Source: Leptogorgia sarmentosa (lineage: Eukaryota). From it: a stretch of 64,000 nucleotides of DNA. The notes under the pieces were generated by a model. That model was given only the letters and a program-made list of their open reading frames with translations, was not told the origin of the DNA and ran no database searches. Shown one piece after another: positions 1 through 13,900 of the stretch. The first letter of the stretch is position 1, and every line of letters begins with the position of its first letter. The stretch is taken from the NCBI GenBank assembly GCA_964658305.1, contig OZ210885.1, positions 17,484,001-17,548,000 of the forward strand. Reading direction: 5' to 3'. Both the position numbers and the translations under genes were made by a program.

Positions 1-142
1 GAGAATTCAAGACCAGAGATACAGATACCACGAACTTCTTCTCGCACTCCTATTCGGCACCCATTGTTGCTTTATTATTGGGAAATACTGTTCTGTCTCA
101 ACAGCCAATCAGACTCGCCCAAATTCATGAAGTCTGCCATCC

Positions 143-960
143 TTGTATAAAGCCTTTACTGAAGTTGCTAAAAAGTTGTTCGAGTTTATTCATGAAACTG
201 ACGATTTAAACCCGGAAAATATTGCGAAAACATATTGCTTTCATCCTGCCTGTTATCGAAGTTTTACAGACAAAAGTAAACTTGATAGAGCCAAAACTAT
301 GTTGACTAATGCTGCCGATCGCAAGCGAGTGGCCGATGACAATACTCAGACCAACTGTCCGAGACCAGAAAAAGTGACGCAAACTACTCGACAATCTTTT
401 CCTGCTCGATCATCAAATGTTTTGCCTGAGATTTGTCTAATATGTGTTTTTGTAATATTAATTTATTCCAAAGTATTTTAATGTCTCAATAAAAACATAG
501 TACAGTATGGTTATCAGGCCACAGGATTTGAGGGGCTGACCTGAACTTGCCCTAACCCCTATTTTCAGTTCTTCCGAAACCATATACTTTTTGTATCTTT
601 TTATATCCCCGCCAACAAAATTTTCATCAGAAACAAATACTCATATTTGCAGGCAACGAAAAAATGTGTTAAATACGAGTTATCATTGGCTCAAACTGTG
701 ACGGCCAGGAGATTAGAGGAGGCGGCATTGTTAAGGAACGATCAAAGCATTCTCATTCATATCTGTGGGAGAGACTGTGTTGCTATTGAAGCCAGGTACC
801 ACAAACGATGTTACCAGACGTATACGGCATGCCTTTTAAGAGAAAGGAAGATCATTGGTCCAACCTTGTATGACAAAGCTTTTGATAAGTTTTGTTTAGA
901 AATAATCGAGAAGAGAATCGTCAAGAATAAAGAAGTTCTATTACTTGGCAATTTGTTAAT
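143..960 (+). pseudogene. N-terminal fragments of a Cys/His-rich DNA transposon protein (possibly AcademX-type)
   Basis: ORFs 143-481 and 647-1003 carry CFHPACY, CLIC and DCVAIEARYHKRCY motifs resembling N-termini of invertebrate transposase-like proteins. Truncated near 960; no catalytic core seen. Confidence 0.35.
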
Positions 961-2817
961 TAAAAATTCAATATGGCGGCCAGAGTGCCAAAACGCGATT
1001 TAGCCGGTAGTGCGGATGTAGTCAGTAAAATGGAAATGAAGAACGAAGATTTGCAGGAGTTCTCGAATATATTCGCTTCTGAGTTTAACAGCAAAGGAAT
1101 ACATGACCGAGTTCTTTGTTTCCAGATCATTGATGAAGCGGAGTTCAAGAGAAATGACGATTCAAACGGCAGTGATGAAATTGCGTGTGAAAATGAAATT
1201 AGCAGTAGCAGTGCAGCATTGAGCTGCTCGCTTCAACCTCGCAAAAAAGGTTAGGATTTAGATTTACACGAAGATATTTTCTGTGTTTTGGGAGGAACAC
1301 TGTTTATTTTAAGATTTGTTTAATAGCGCAAACTTAGAGCAGACTGCAGACAGGGATATTTCCTTGGCAATTTCCAGTGTTTTGACGACAAATTCTTGGC
1401 AGCCCAGGGCAGGGATGCGCAAAGAATACATGATCAAAATTCCAGAATAGCAAGGGTTTCTTCCTGTCAGCCATTTAATTATATTAATTTACAACACATC
1501 TTTTAATTTCTTGTTTCTTCTCTTTGCCCCCCCCCCCCCCCCCCCCTCTTGAGCCTGATGTTGTGTGTAATCCCCCCTCCATGCACCTTTGAAAGTTCTT
1601 GTTACTACATGTTGCTAAGCATCGATTGAGTTGAAGAATTAATTTAACTTAATACACCTAGGTTCACAAAAAAGATCCTTGCCACATTCCTTGTGGGAAC
1701 CTGGATTGAAGGCCACAGCAAGTCCTGTTAAGTATGTAGTTAAATTTTCCTAGTACTACAGCTAGTTTAGTTAACCAAGTATCTAGGTAAATCTTCTTAT
1801 TGAAACAGTTGAGTGTTGCAACAGTTAAGTTGGGCACACATGCAATAACCATGAATTTAATAATAATCAATATTTTGTGGCTATTAAACTTGTGGTTTAA
1901 TAGTCACAAAAAGATCCTAGTGTTGATGTCGTTAAACCTTCTTGTATAGGTCAGCTCGAATGTACACACTTTCCTTATCACCTCCTTCTATAGATTTGAA
2001 CTGGTGCTTCCCTCCAGAGCCACCAAAAATACCAGCCGCTACACCACCTCAACAGCCCGAAATTGCCACTTTCATGACAAGCCCACTCAACTGTAGTAAG
2101 TAGTAGGATTTTGTTATGAATAGCTCAGTTGCCCCGAGCCACGGCGCAAAGCGCTGTCCAGGCGTTAGCCCGGGGCAAGAGTAATAATTCCGCACGGCTA
2201 TTCACACCCGTGCAAAGGAGAGCATAGCGGAGTCGAAAGTCAGTTCGCCGCCATTTTTGGTCAAGGGCGGTCATCACTGATCTCACGGCAGACTGTCATG
2301 AAGGGCGAACACTAAAGGCTTTAAAAAGTTGAAAACAAGGACGAAGACTATTGCTGCAAGGCTATAAAAGACTCCTGAGAAGACATTAATGCTGGAAAGA
2401 GACTTTATATCCACGAGAAGCAACAATGGATTGAAATACAAGACAAGCGTATGTATTGTTTGCATATAAAATTCTCGCGTATTTATATGAATGGCTGGCT
2501 TAGCCGCATTCAATCTGTTTACAGTTTAATTTAAGAAATTTTACGTTGTGTAAATGTAAGACGGCCTTTTTACTATTTCAAGATACTAACGAATTTTAGC
2601 CTGCGTCGCAGCCGGACTTGAAACGTGAGTTAGTCCGTCTGCGCTCCAGCAACCAAATGCGTGTTCTGGCATCCGGTGATTTGCACGAATATCTATAATC
2701 ATCTGTGATTGGCTCTTGTTATGGCTGGTTCTTTTCGGTTCTGTGATTGGACCTAGTGCTATTTTCAACATGGCGGAAATGTTTCTCTTGTCATGCAAAT
2801 GTTGAGGTGTATAAACA

Positions 2818-5800
2818 ATGCAAAATACTCAGTTGGAAAGCGTGAATGCGTGTAATTTATGCTTCAGAAAGATCGAGAAAGATTATGAAAGATTTCTAGT
2901 AGAAGGAAGGGGAAAATTTGATGTTCTTTCGGAGCTAAAAAGCCTGGAATTTAACGTGACGCGCAGGAGTCGATTCATTTGTCGTGGCTGTCTTCAAAAG
3001 TTAAAGAAACGAAGGGGACTGCTGACTCAACTTAGTGATATTAACAGCTGTTTGAATAGTTTACACAACGCCAACAAAGACTCTCACGCACAACTGAAAA
3101 GATCTGCCTCTGCCTCCGACATTCTAGATGATAATGTAGCCAAGAAAATTTGCGATAATTTACTGACATTGCCTCCATGTACTTCATCGCCTATACATCG
3201 CACAGCTACTGCACAATGGCCTGTAATCCCAGTATCACCTGTTAATCTTTTGAATGAGCAACATAAGATAGGAAGTGTTCGGCGACCACTGGAACTTTGT
3301 AATCAACCTGAGAGACTTACAGTGACTGATCAACCAGTGCTACAAGATCGAGTTGACGTGTCCGTTAAAGTAAAATGGCCTTCCAAAAACAAGGAGAGGA
3401 AACTTCCTGAAGACCTTGAGTCCTTAGGAAAGATGCTTGCAAGAGGTACTTACAAACAAGTGGCTAGTGCTGCATGGAAAAATCAAAGAATCAAGGAGGA
3501 GTTGATACAACTTGTCTCAAGAGATATTGATAAAGAGTGCAACCAACTTTGCTCTAGAAAGAACCCAAGCTGCTTGAGAAAGACTGACAAGGAAAGTATT
3601 ATGTCTTTCACAATGGAGACGTTCTATGACGAACTTAAGGAGAAATCACCACTTTTTCATGCAGTGTTGTCAGCAGCTAGTGTAAACAGCAGGAGCAGAT
3701 CCAAAGAACCCCAGGTAGAAGTCTTTCATGCTGGAACAGCAATGGCAGCTGCAGTTTGTTTGCGGAATCGATCAAAATACATGATTGCTGTGCAACTTAT
3801 GGTGACTATTTTCCTTTATCATTCTAACTGGCTGGTAGGTACATTTTATTCCTATTTCAAATTAATGAATATAATGCAATGAGGCTTAATTATGTGGGTA
3901 TGTCACACTATTTTTCTTGTCACCAAGCCTTTTGATGCTATATAGCATAGGCAGACTGGCCAATCGGGCTGACCGGGTAATCACCCGGGGAGCCCCCTGC
4001 TTCATGGGCCCCCTTTGCCCGTACAGTGCATTGAAAACTTAAGATAATGTTGTTCTTTTTTATTGCATCTATGAGAGTAGCCTGTGTCGCAGCCGGACTT
4101 GAAACGTGAGTTAGTCCGTCTATGAGAGTAATTAAACTAAAAAAAAACAGTTTAATAAAAGTGAGATCGAACCAACGATTGTGCCTTAATAATGCAACTG
4201 AAATGACATTCTAAGGTAGCTTTGGTCTGTAACATGAAGTAACTGTGGGATGGGGTTCCGGGCCCCTTTTATGCCAAATCGCCTGGCCCCCCTGAAATAG
4301 CCTGTCCACCCTTGCTATATAGTACATATCCCTTTGACACAAAAGCAATGCTTGGTAATAAAAAAACAAATAAAATAGTTATATTTCTAACTCTGCGTCT
4401 TTTTATTCTTTTACTTTCAGTCAACAGTTGCTCGGCTATCTACTCTAAGATTGACTACAAGTCACAAGTACTTGTACAAGAAGCTAGATGAATTTGGAAA
4501 GGATCACACCAAATCTATCACAGATGCTGTTCTCCAACAGGGAGAATACATGGCACAAAAGAAGGAAGAAGAAAGAAAGAAACAAGCAGAAATGGATCCT
4601 GGCTACACTGTGCACACCGATACCTTGCCTGCACAACAACAGCAATGTCAAGCAGTAGAAGAACAATCGACCCCAACCTCTTCTGTTGCAAATCAGATGT
4701 TAATTGGCCCAGATAATGGCAGAAAAATCACTTTTGATAATCTGGATTATCGTCAGGAAGTGCACTATATGACGGAGGAACATCAAAACATAGACAAGCA
4801 CTACATTACCTCAATGAGCACTGAAAACCGTGTCAATGGCAACCAATTAAGTGACAAACGTCCAATTACTGGTGTGTTCGGGATGGAAAATGGTAAGTGT
4901 TTACCAAGTGTATATGATCATGAAAAGCAGCGGGATAACTACATAACCTTGGTTGGACGAGTCATATCGAGTAACATTCCTTGCCCTAACTTCCTATCTG
5001 ATGTTTCCACCGCTCATATCCCACATGAATACAGCAGAGAAATGAAGAATGTATCTAAAACGGTAGGTTCAAAGTGTATTGAAACATTTTAATTGTCATT
5101 GTTTCATTATGGCAATGAAAAACATCGCCTGTGAAATTTTTAGTATCATCTTTTAGGTTCTAGGTTTTACCCAATTGGGAAACCATATGGCAGATATACA
5201 TGGCAGATATACCCTCCCAATCCTTACAATTGTTATGTACGGTAGTCCACGGTATTGATCTTCATGTTAATTATCCATGTTACTCAATTTTGTATTTTTT
5301 TTAAACTTTTAAGACATTCCTGGGTATGACATATGAGAATGAGAACGATGCAGATGGGATTTTAAAAATATTAAAATCCCTCCATCAATATGTTCCATTT
5401 TGTAATGAAGGTGATGAGAAGCAATATGGAGAACAGGGAGTAGTGGGAGACCAGCTGAGTGTCGAGAGAGCAGTTAATGGCCACATGTCTTTGGCTAACG
5501 GTTTTACTTCTGAGGAGCGTCTTGAGGGGTTGCATTTTGAGGTAGCCGACTGGCATGCTGGTAACAAATTTTTAGAGGTAAATACACTTTTAATGGTTCT
5601 TTTAGGTACTGCTGCCCTATTTGTCAACTAATATAACAATAGAAAAAAAAGAGCATGCATTCTGTATCATTCTATAATTTCGATGCCTAAAACAGGGCTG
5701 TAGCTGGGGGGGGGGGCACTGCCCCTGCAAACCCACAAAATTTGTTATTTAGTTTTGCATTATTTTTGTTTTCGTTAAGTTCATTTAAAGCCAGAAAGTT

Positions 5801-7915
5801 GATTTACTATGTTTACTTTAAATTTTTAAGAAATAAAGGACAAATATAATATTCTTCACGGTATTTTTACACCTTTTTTTCCAGGGTTGCGACTGGAAAC
5901 TAGCACAAAAGTACCCCTCTGCTACATTTTTTAGTAGTGCCCCCATAGAAATTGAGAGCCAGCTACAGGCTTGGCCTAAAACCCATGTCTAGCTGTTACT
6001 CTTGACATATTAAATAAGAAAATATATCCATGATATCACAATAGCAACTTTTGAATGCTCTTGATCGACCAGAATACCTCACTATCTACAATACATCACT
6101 GTTGTTCTTGTTGACAGTTAGCTCCATTATTTATACTGTTATATGCACGTATATTTCATCAAATTGTCAAATGCAACAAATTGCTAATTTGTCTTTAAAA
6201 CTATGTCTGTCTCAGGTGGCATTTAACAACTTCTACAATGCAGCCTCAACTGCAGACAAGTGCACCATGTACAGCGACCGTAATCTAATTAATCGGAGAA
6301 ATGTTAAAAGTGATGTTTCAAGTGCAGCCAATCCTTGTAGAAGATTTTTCCAAGTAGAGGTTGAAGCCAGAATCATTGGTGCTGCAGTAAAGGTAATTTT
6401 GCCAAAATTGGGCACTGAGCAGATAACTGAAAGGTTTATCAGTAAGTACTTCGTGTATGGATATTATTATGTCCCAAAGAGGATTAGGGTACAGGAGGGA
6501 CCTATGGGAGGGACACCCTCCATGAGACATAATAATAGGCATACATGAAGTACCAGCTGCTTAACATTTGCCTGTTTGACTGTTTTCTTATTACAGTTGA
6601 TTAGGTGTGTAATTTTTTCCTTTGATACCGTCGTATCTAAGCGTGAGACATGATAAAAAAATGTTCTAATAATATGCATAAGTTGTCACTAACTGATTGT
6701 TAACATGAACAGTTTCGGGCGTAAATCACGTTCGGGCATAAAATATACTATCTCATTGGAATAGCCTGTGTCGCAGCCAGACTTGAAAAATGAGTTAGAC
6801 GGACTTACTTACGTTTCAAGTCCGGCTGTGACACAGGCTACATTGGAATTGTGTTTCAAAAACGTTTTATTATTGTATAGGTTTTAGGAATGGAAACCTT
6901 GGATGATGAGGAACCCGCAAGCTATGTTTTGGAAAATGGAAGTGATGCCACCAAACGAGAGAAAGCTGATTACCTGAGGAAGATTGCCTCTATCATAGTG
7001 GATGATTATGTAATCAACCAAAAAAGGAATGAGGACATACTTAGATCAGTCCAAATAATGCAGCATGCTGAAGAAGCAAAGGCTCAGGAAGTCAATTCAG
7101 AAGGAAGATATCGTTGTAGGGCACGTGGCTGTCCTAAAACATTTGCCCATGTTGGTAAACTAAGAAGTGATCATGAAGCTAGTCACAATCCACCTGTTGT
7201 TGTTCACAAACCACAATCTGAAACGTTTATCATCGACTCCGACAGTAGTGAGGAGGACAGAGATGACATGTTAGCCTACCAGAGAGCTCTTCTAGAATAT
7301 GGTATGTTAATAATTAATTTCTGGGATGGCATTGCCGAAGGAGATGGGGAGCGTGGGCTACGCTGCTGGAAATTCTTCCTTATGTACTTAAAACATCAAG
7401 GGGGCTCTTCCACAAAGTATACTTTGGAAGCCTTATACTTCATGTTTCAAGTATATGCCCTACTGAGTCCCCAAGCAGCTCACCACTTGAGATGGAACCG
7501 GTCATTGAAAAACAAGAAGGGAAGTTCCAACATTCCCCTGGATTTGATGTTGGAATTCTTCAATAAAACCATGAAAGAAGCTGTAAAGAATCTTGGCCCT
7601 GCAGCATCTGAAAAGTCATTAAATAGAATTGCCAATTCACTGGGTTTTACAGTTGAGCTCCTTAAAGTGTTTGATTCAAGTTTGTCAGTTTTCAAACGAT
7701 CTGGGAAACACATCAAAAAGTCTTCAAGCAGAGATACTGAAAAAATTGTGAAGGAGTTAATTGAAAACGATGCATTTACCTTCGCTGAGGGAAGGAAATA
7801 CACATCCTATTCAAACATGAAGCCAAGCATTCTTTGTGGATTTGATATGCAAAAAATGTTCCATTGGATAAATGAACATAAAAAATACATGATCTTGTAT
7901 AGGCGTGCACGTTAA
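2818..7915 (+). CDS. Academ transposase (DUF6589-like), 5 exons: 2818-3834, 4421-5062, 5314-5577, 6216-6392, 6881-7915 (about 1044 aa)
   Basis: GT-AG introns, all phase 0, join the ORFs in frame with no stops. Motifs ITFDNLD, GDQLSVER, DWHA, NIPLDLMLEFFNK; N-terminal CxxC..CxxC and an internal C2H2-like motif. Confidence 0.8.
3946..4314. mobile_element. hAT-type MITE in intron 1 of the Academ transposase
   Basis: Imperfect TIR CATAGGCAGACTGGC / GCCTGTCCACCCTTG; 8-bp TSD CTATATAG at 3938-3945 and 4315-4322. Confidence 0.6.
4078..4119 (+). repeat. Solo copy of the AcademH left terminus
   Basis: TAGCCTGTGTCGCAGCCGGACTTGAAACGTGAGTTAGTCCGT matches 2597-2638 with 1 mismatch. Bracketed by direct repeat TCTATGAGAGTA (4068-4079, 4119-4130). 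Confidence 0.8.
5693..5973. mobile_element. hAT-type MITE
   Basis: TIR CAGGGCTGTAGCTGG / CCAGCTACAGGCTTG; 8-bp TSD GCCTAAAA at 5685-5692 and 5974-5981. Confidence 0.75.
6762..6840. mobile_element. 79-bp hairpin MITE derived from AcademH termini
   Basis: TAGCCTGTGTCGCAGCC...GGCTGTGACACAGGCTA; 8-bp TSD CATTGGAA at 6754-6761 and 6841-6848. Confidence 0.88.
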
Positions 7916-7957
7916 GTCATTAAGATCAGAAGATCACTTGCAGTAAATGCAGAATAT

Positions 7958-8316
7958 CAGGGGCATCGGAAGCGAATGTCTTTGCCCCCCCCCCACTTTC
8001 CACTTTTTAACAATGGTCAATAATAAACCACAAAGTTAATTGATATTATTCCATTTACGCATGTAGACAGAACAACTGAATTTGAATGAATGCAGATTCA
8101 TTGTCCAAAAGTGTAGTCTTTTGAAATATTTTGACATTTTGCTACCTTAAGAACTCTGCAGCAAATCTCCTTCTAAAGTGCAGGAAATGACATTTCAGAA
8201 ACTCTAGTTTTCAAATTTTTCCTGGGAGGGGGGGGGGAATGCCGTCCAGAACCCCCTAGAATGTCGTTCGGCAAGCGCTAAGTGCCCCTCCTTCTAGAGC
8301 CGCTCCGACGCCCCTG
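7958..8316. mobile_element. hAT-type MITE
   Basis: TIR CAGGGGCATCGGA / TCCGACGCCCCTG; 8-bp TSD CAGAATAT at 7950-7957 and 8317-8324. Confidence 0.78.
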
Positions 8317-10984
8317 CAGAATATAATTATGGGTTAAGATTATTAAACCAATTCATCTGTACTGTGAATACTAAACTTAATGACCACTCCCTTACAATTC
8401 ACTGTAAAAAAGATGGTGGATGACGATTTTACCATGATTCTTTGAGGGCAGAAAACATTATATCTAAGAAAATACCTGAAAAGAAATAGTATATCAACAC
8501 AATAAAATTTGTAAGAAGTACGTTATTTATACCTAAATTGATGTTAGCAAGTCAAACTGTGTTTAGCACTTATCCTAACCGATTTAAGTTCGCGAAGCAT
8601 CATGGTAAAATCGACATCCGCCATCTTTTTTATTATGGTGAATTGGTAAATGACAAACAAAGTAAAAGTAAAAAACAAAGCTGAGTTGCACATTAAGTTT
8701 TGGGTCATTAGAATTCATTTAATGACATATTTGGTAACTGTGAGAGTGAAAATTGTACCTGTAAATAAAGATACTGTACTTTTTTGACTATTATAATATT
8801 ACATCTCCTCTTAAAACAATCCAAATATTATATGGCATAATATTCTTGGGACAACAAGTTTTCCAGAAAATAATAATTATACTTAAGCTTTCCCAATGGA
8901 AAACAGTGTATACAACAAGTGTTGTCATCAGTTGTACAGTATATCAGATATTTACACTATATGGCATTATATACATGTGGAAAATTTCACATGCCATCTA
9001 CATATTTTAAAGTTGTGGCAGAGATTAGGACAACATTTGCAGTAACCACTGAGTATTCTAATAAAATACAACACAATGGAAACTATAGAAATTAATTTTT
9101 CATCAAAACGTATAATTAACATATGAATTTCTTCGAGTTTCGATTGTATTGTATCTTATTAGAATACTTAGTGTTTTCTGCCAATAGATTAAATGTTTTG
9201 TAGATTGAATAAGATATTAAATTAACACTGAGGGGGGCATACAAGACATGTTTGCCGGCATCAATGATTCATGGTTATAATCATGCAGAACAAATTTGAG
9301 ATAACTGCACATCTTTATACGCCCTAGTTACATGATTTGCTGCTGGCAAACTTATCTGTTCTACTCACTCGTATCAGTGTTGCACAATGACATTGAAGAT
9401 TCATTATTGCATGAGTCCATAAAAGAAACAACGCCTTCCAAGTCCTGGCTGTCAATCATGCCAACAAGGGTTGAATCATCTCTAATCTGGTCCCAGTCAG
9501 ACATAGTGGAGAAATTGTGTTCCAAATCATGTTCTTCAATGGTAGGTATTATTGCCATGCCAATATCCCCAAATACTTCACTGATTTGCTTTAGTATACC
9601 AACTGCATACTCGTGTCTCCATATTTCCACATAGCCAAGTACGTCCTCAAAAGTAAATAGTTTATGGCAGTGTTCAATAACTTGGTTTACATGAAAGTTG
9701 TTGAACTCTAGAATGTGATTTGGGCATGTGACCATCTTGTTTACATTCATTTTATTTATCATATCTTGGTGGTATTGAAGAAGCTTTTCTCTCAGATTTA
9801 CCTTATCCTCTTTTGTTACATTTCTAACAACTGTAGATTTTGGGTTATCAAATAAGGTAAGAGACATTTGTGATAGATTGGTGCTATGTTGGCTTGGACC
9901 CCAAAACTCACCACAGCTGTTGCTTCCACATGTGCAATGACTAGCACAAATATCACAACAATCATGTAAGTCAAGGAATTCAGAAGGCCTTTCATAAACA
10001 CCAAAATGGCACATCAACCATTTTCGCCGACATTCTTCAATCTGGAAGTACTGTCTCATGTCATTGTCACAATGGGCAGACAATAGACCATTAAACAGAA
10101 GCACACATGTGCTTGGTAGACCATCTCTCCCAGCTCTTTCACATTCTTGTATGTATAGTTCAACAGACTTTGAAGGACCAAAATGTACAATTCGTCTCAC
10201 CATCTTACAGTTGACACCCATACCAAAGGCCACAGTGGATATAAGTATGCGTATATGGCCATCATCTTTGGCCATATTATTTAAAATATGATCCTTCACT
10301 GATTGAGGGGTTCCTGCATGGTACATTTGAACAATTCGGTTTTGAGGTGAAGATTTGCCATGGAAGATGTACTTGGCAAGGTAAATCTCGAACAAACGAA
10401 AGAGAACAGAACACCGTTTTCGTGTCTGACAGTAAATCATAGTTCTTGGTGTTTGAACATTTTCAGACTTTACCTCCTCAATTAAAGATGAAAATGCAGC
10501 CTCGATTGGTTCATTCTTGTCCAGGTAGTATGCCATATAGGATAGATTGTGTCTGTCAGGGCTCCTCTCGATCATTTGTACATCCTTTCGAGACAACTGA
10601 AGGGTAGACAGGATTTGTTCTTTCGTATCTTTCGTTGCAGTTGCTGTTAAAATCATGATCTGGCATTGCTTTGGTATCAGTGATCTTATTTGCCCTAGAC
10701 AGCCATACCACTTTCTAAAGGGTATCTTTTTGCCAGTAGATAAACCCCTGTTAAATAATTAATTGTGTTTAATATTAAATCAGGCCTAGGAATAGGACCA
10801 ATATGTCACTTTTAAATTGGTATGCAACAGAATAATAACCTTGGGCAATTTTAATATTGTTCTTTTGAAACCACAGAAGAATTTAAGATGGATAATTATT
10901 TAATAAAGTATCCTAAAATAATGAGGTATTAAAAAATGGGTGTAAATTATCTAAAATCACACCAATTATAATGTTAGTGATCAG

Positions 10985-13900
10985 TGTTGACATTTAGTTA
11001 TTAGTTGACATTAGTAATGAGACACCATAATTTCTCTATATGAAGTATTGTTGTTATTGGCGCTCTTCTCCTGTCGCCTCGTGGCGTACAAACAGTCAAA
11101 CATTAGGTTAATCGTAAATCATGTGAACCGTGTATTTATTATCATTATCATTTATATTAAAGAGCAAAACTAACAGGTTATGGGCCCAGGAAGGCTCTGA
11201 TTAACGAAATGTTTGTTTGGTGAGCGAAAATCGGCATTAAATTGCAAAAATATACTATGGCGTCTGCAATTGAAAATGTGCTGAAGATGGCGAAATTGAA
11301 CGGATCAAATTACAGATCCTGGGCGTTCAATATGCGACTTTATCTGGAGAGTTTAGATTTATTTGCCCACGTAGATGGATCGGCAGAACCTCCTGCAGAA
11401 GATGCTTCGGCGCAAGCAAAGAAAGCTTTTGAAACGGCGGCAAAAAAGGCATGGACGTATATCTGTTTGGCGATACAGCCTGAACAACAAATACACGTCA
11501 GAGAAACGCGAAACGCGAAAGAAGCCTGGGATACCCTGAAAAGCCAATTTGCACGTGAGTCTATTTTGCAGAAAGTAAGACTGAGACAGCAGTATTATTC
11601 GTGTAGATTTCAGAATGGGGGAGATATGTTGGCACATATTAACCATTTGCGTTCATTGCACGACCAACTAAAGGAAATGGGAGAGACGGTTAATGACAAA
11701 GAATTAGCGATGACAGTTCTTGCGAGTCTCCCTGATGAGTTTAAACCTTTAATTACGGCGTTAGATGCTGTGGGAGAAGACAGTCTCTCTTATGAAAAAG
11801 TTAAAGCAATGCTTTTGAATGATGTCGATAGGGCAACGGATACGAAGAAATGTGAGGACGCATTTACTGTCAATCGAAGTGGTAAAAAATTTAAGAAGCC
11901 CTTTAATGGAACATGTCATTACTGTCAGGAACGTGGACATTTTGCTAGAGATTGTCCAAAGCGTAAAGCAAAGATGAATACGGAGCAACGTAACACTCAA
12001 AGGAAAGGCAAAGAATCAGCTCGTTGTGCTGAAAAAGAGAAAAAGGACGGTGTTGCGGATCATGACGGTGACGAGGCATTACATACATCTGATGTTGAAA
12101 ACAAGTCTGGCTGGATAGTTGATTCTGGTGCAACACAGCACATGACCTTCGAGAGGGACCATCTAACTGACTATGTAGAATTTAAACAACCTTGCAAAGT
12201 AAACCTCGGTGACAATCGTACAATTCTAGCCTATGGAAAGGGGAATTATAATCTTGTTGCAGATCTGGATGGCTGTACTCAGAATATTTCACTTAAAGAA
12301 GTTCTGTATCTACCTGACCTTGGAAAGAACTTGCTATCTGTTCGAGCAATGGTGAAATTGGGTGCACTTGTAACATTCGAAAGCGATGTGTGTAAAGTTA
12401 CGAGAAATTCAAAATTATTGGCTCTTGGGGAAATGTGTGGAAAGCTCTACATGTTGAAAGTCATCCGTGGTAACGAAGAAATTAATGTTGCAAAAGAAGA
12501 TCCAGATTTACACCTTTGGCACTGTCGTTATGGTCACTTGGGAATGGACAACATTACGAAATTGGTCAATGAAAACATGGTTGATGGGATGAACACTACC
12601 GGATGTGGTGGAGACAACTCAACTTGTGAATCCTGCATGATGGGAAAACAACATCGGACTGCCTATCCAAAAGGAATACCCTATCGAGCAACTCAACCAT
12701 TTGAAATTGTCCACAGCGATGTGTGTGGTCCAATGCATGTAAGTTCGTTGGGGAAGTCAAAGTATTTCGTGACGTTTATCGATGACTATTCCAGGTATAT
12801 ACATGTTTACTTCATTAAAAGCAAGGATGAAGTATTGGAGAAGTTTAAAGAGTTTGCAAAGTACACAGAAAACACCACTGGGAGGAAAATCAAAGTCCTA
12901 CGATCTGACAACGGTGGTGAATACTGCTCGAAAGCCTTTGAAACCTACATGAAAGAGAATGGAATTGTACACCAAACCACGGTCCCGTACAACCCTGCAC
13001 AAAATGGAGTGGCGGAACGAATGAATCGGACACTTTTAGAAACTGGTCGTTCGATGATGGCACATTCCAAAGTACCATTCGAATTCTGGGCTGAAGCTCT
13101 CAACACTGCAGTCTATCTTCGAAATCGTAGTCCAACTGCATCATTGAAAGGCAAAACACCTTTTGAGAGTTTATTCGATCGAAAGCCAGATGTATCGAAT
13201 CTGCGAGTATTTGGGTGCAAGTCGTTTGTACACATTCCTGACCATCAACGCAAGAAGCTACAAGAGAAATCCCGTAAGTGTGTATTTGTCGGATACCCCG
13301 AAGGCACGAAAGGTTTCAAACTTTATGACCCGTCTGCCAAAGTATTCATTCGAAGCCGAGATGTTGTATTTGATGAAGGAAAGTTCCATGAGTTTGATGG
13401 AGAACAGTCATCGAAACCAAATTCTGAACAGTTTCAATTTGATCCATTTACTGTTAATTCTGGTGATGTGGATGATCAACAAGATGCAGTGGAGAATAAC
13501 ATTCCTGATCCTGCACAACAGCATAATCAACCAGTGGGAGCAACCTACGAAGAAAACTTCATGCGAAATGTCGAGAACTTAGACCCCCAGAGACAACGAA
13601 GACCTCCTGCTAGATTCGATGAATTGTACGCAGCAGAAGACTTAACAGCTGATATCAGTGAGCCAAGGAATATCGAACAGGCGTGGAATGAGGATTATTG
13701 TGTCCAATGGAAAGAAGCGACTGATTCGGAATACAATTCACTAATCAGCAATGATACTTGGGAACTTGTTCCGCTGCCAGCCGGAAAGAATGTCGTCGGT
13801 AGTCGTTGGGTCTTTAAGGTAAAACGTGATGCAAACGGATTGGTCGATAGATTCAAGGCGAGACTCGTGGCGCAGGGATTCTCTCAAGCTGAAGGAATAG

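Noticed and set aside
1527..1546. Poly-C/poly-G tracts (also near 5705 and 8228)
   Set aside because: Simple homopolymers, two of them inside MITEs; no further structure.
2110..2260. GC-rich stretch with inverted repeats (possible ncRNA or element end)
   Set aside because: No recognisable RNA family, partner terminus or TSD.
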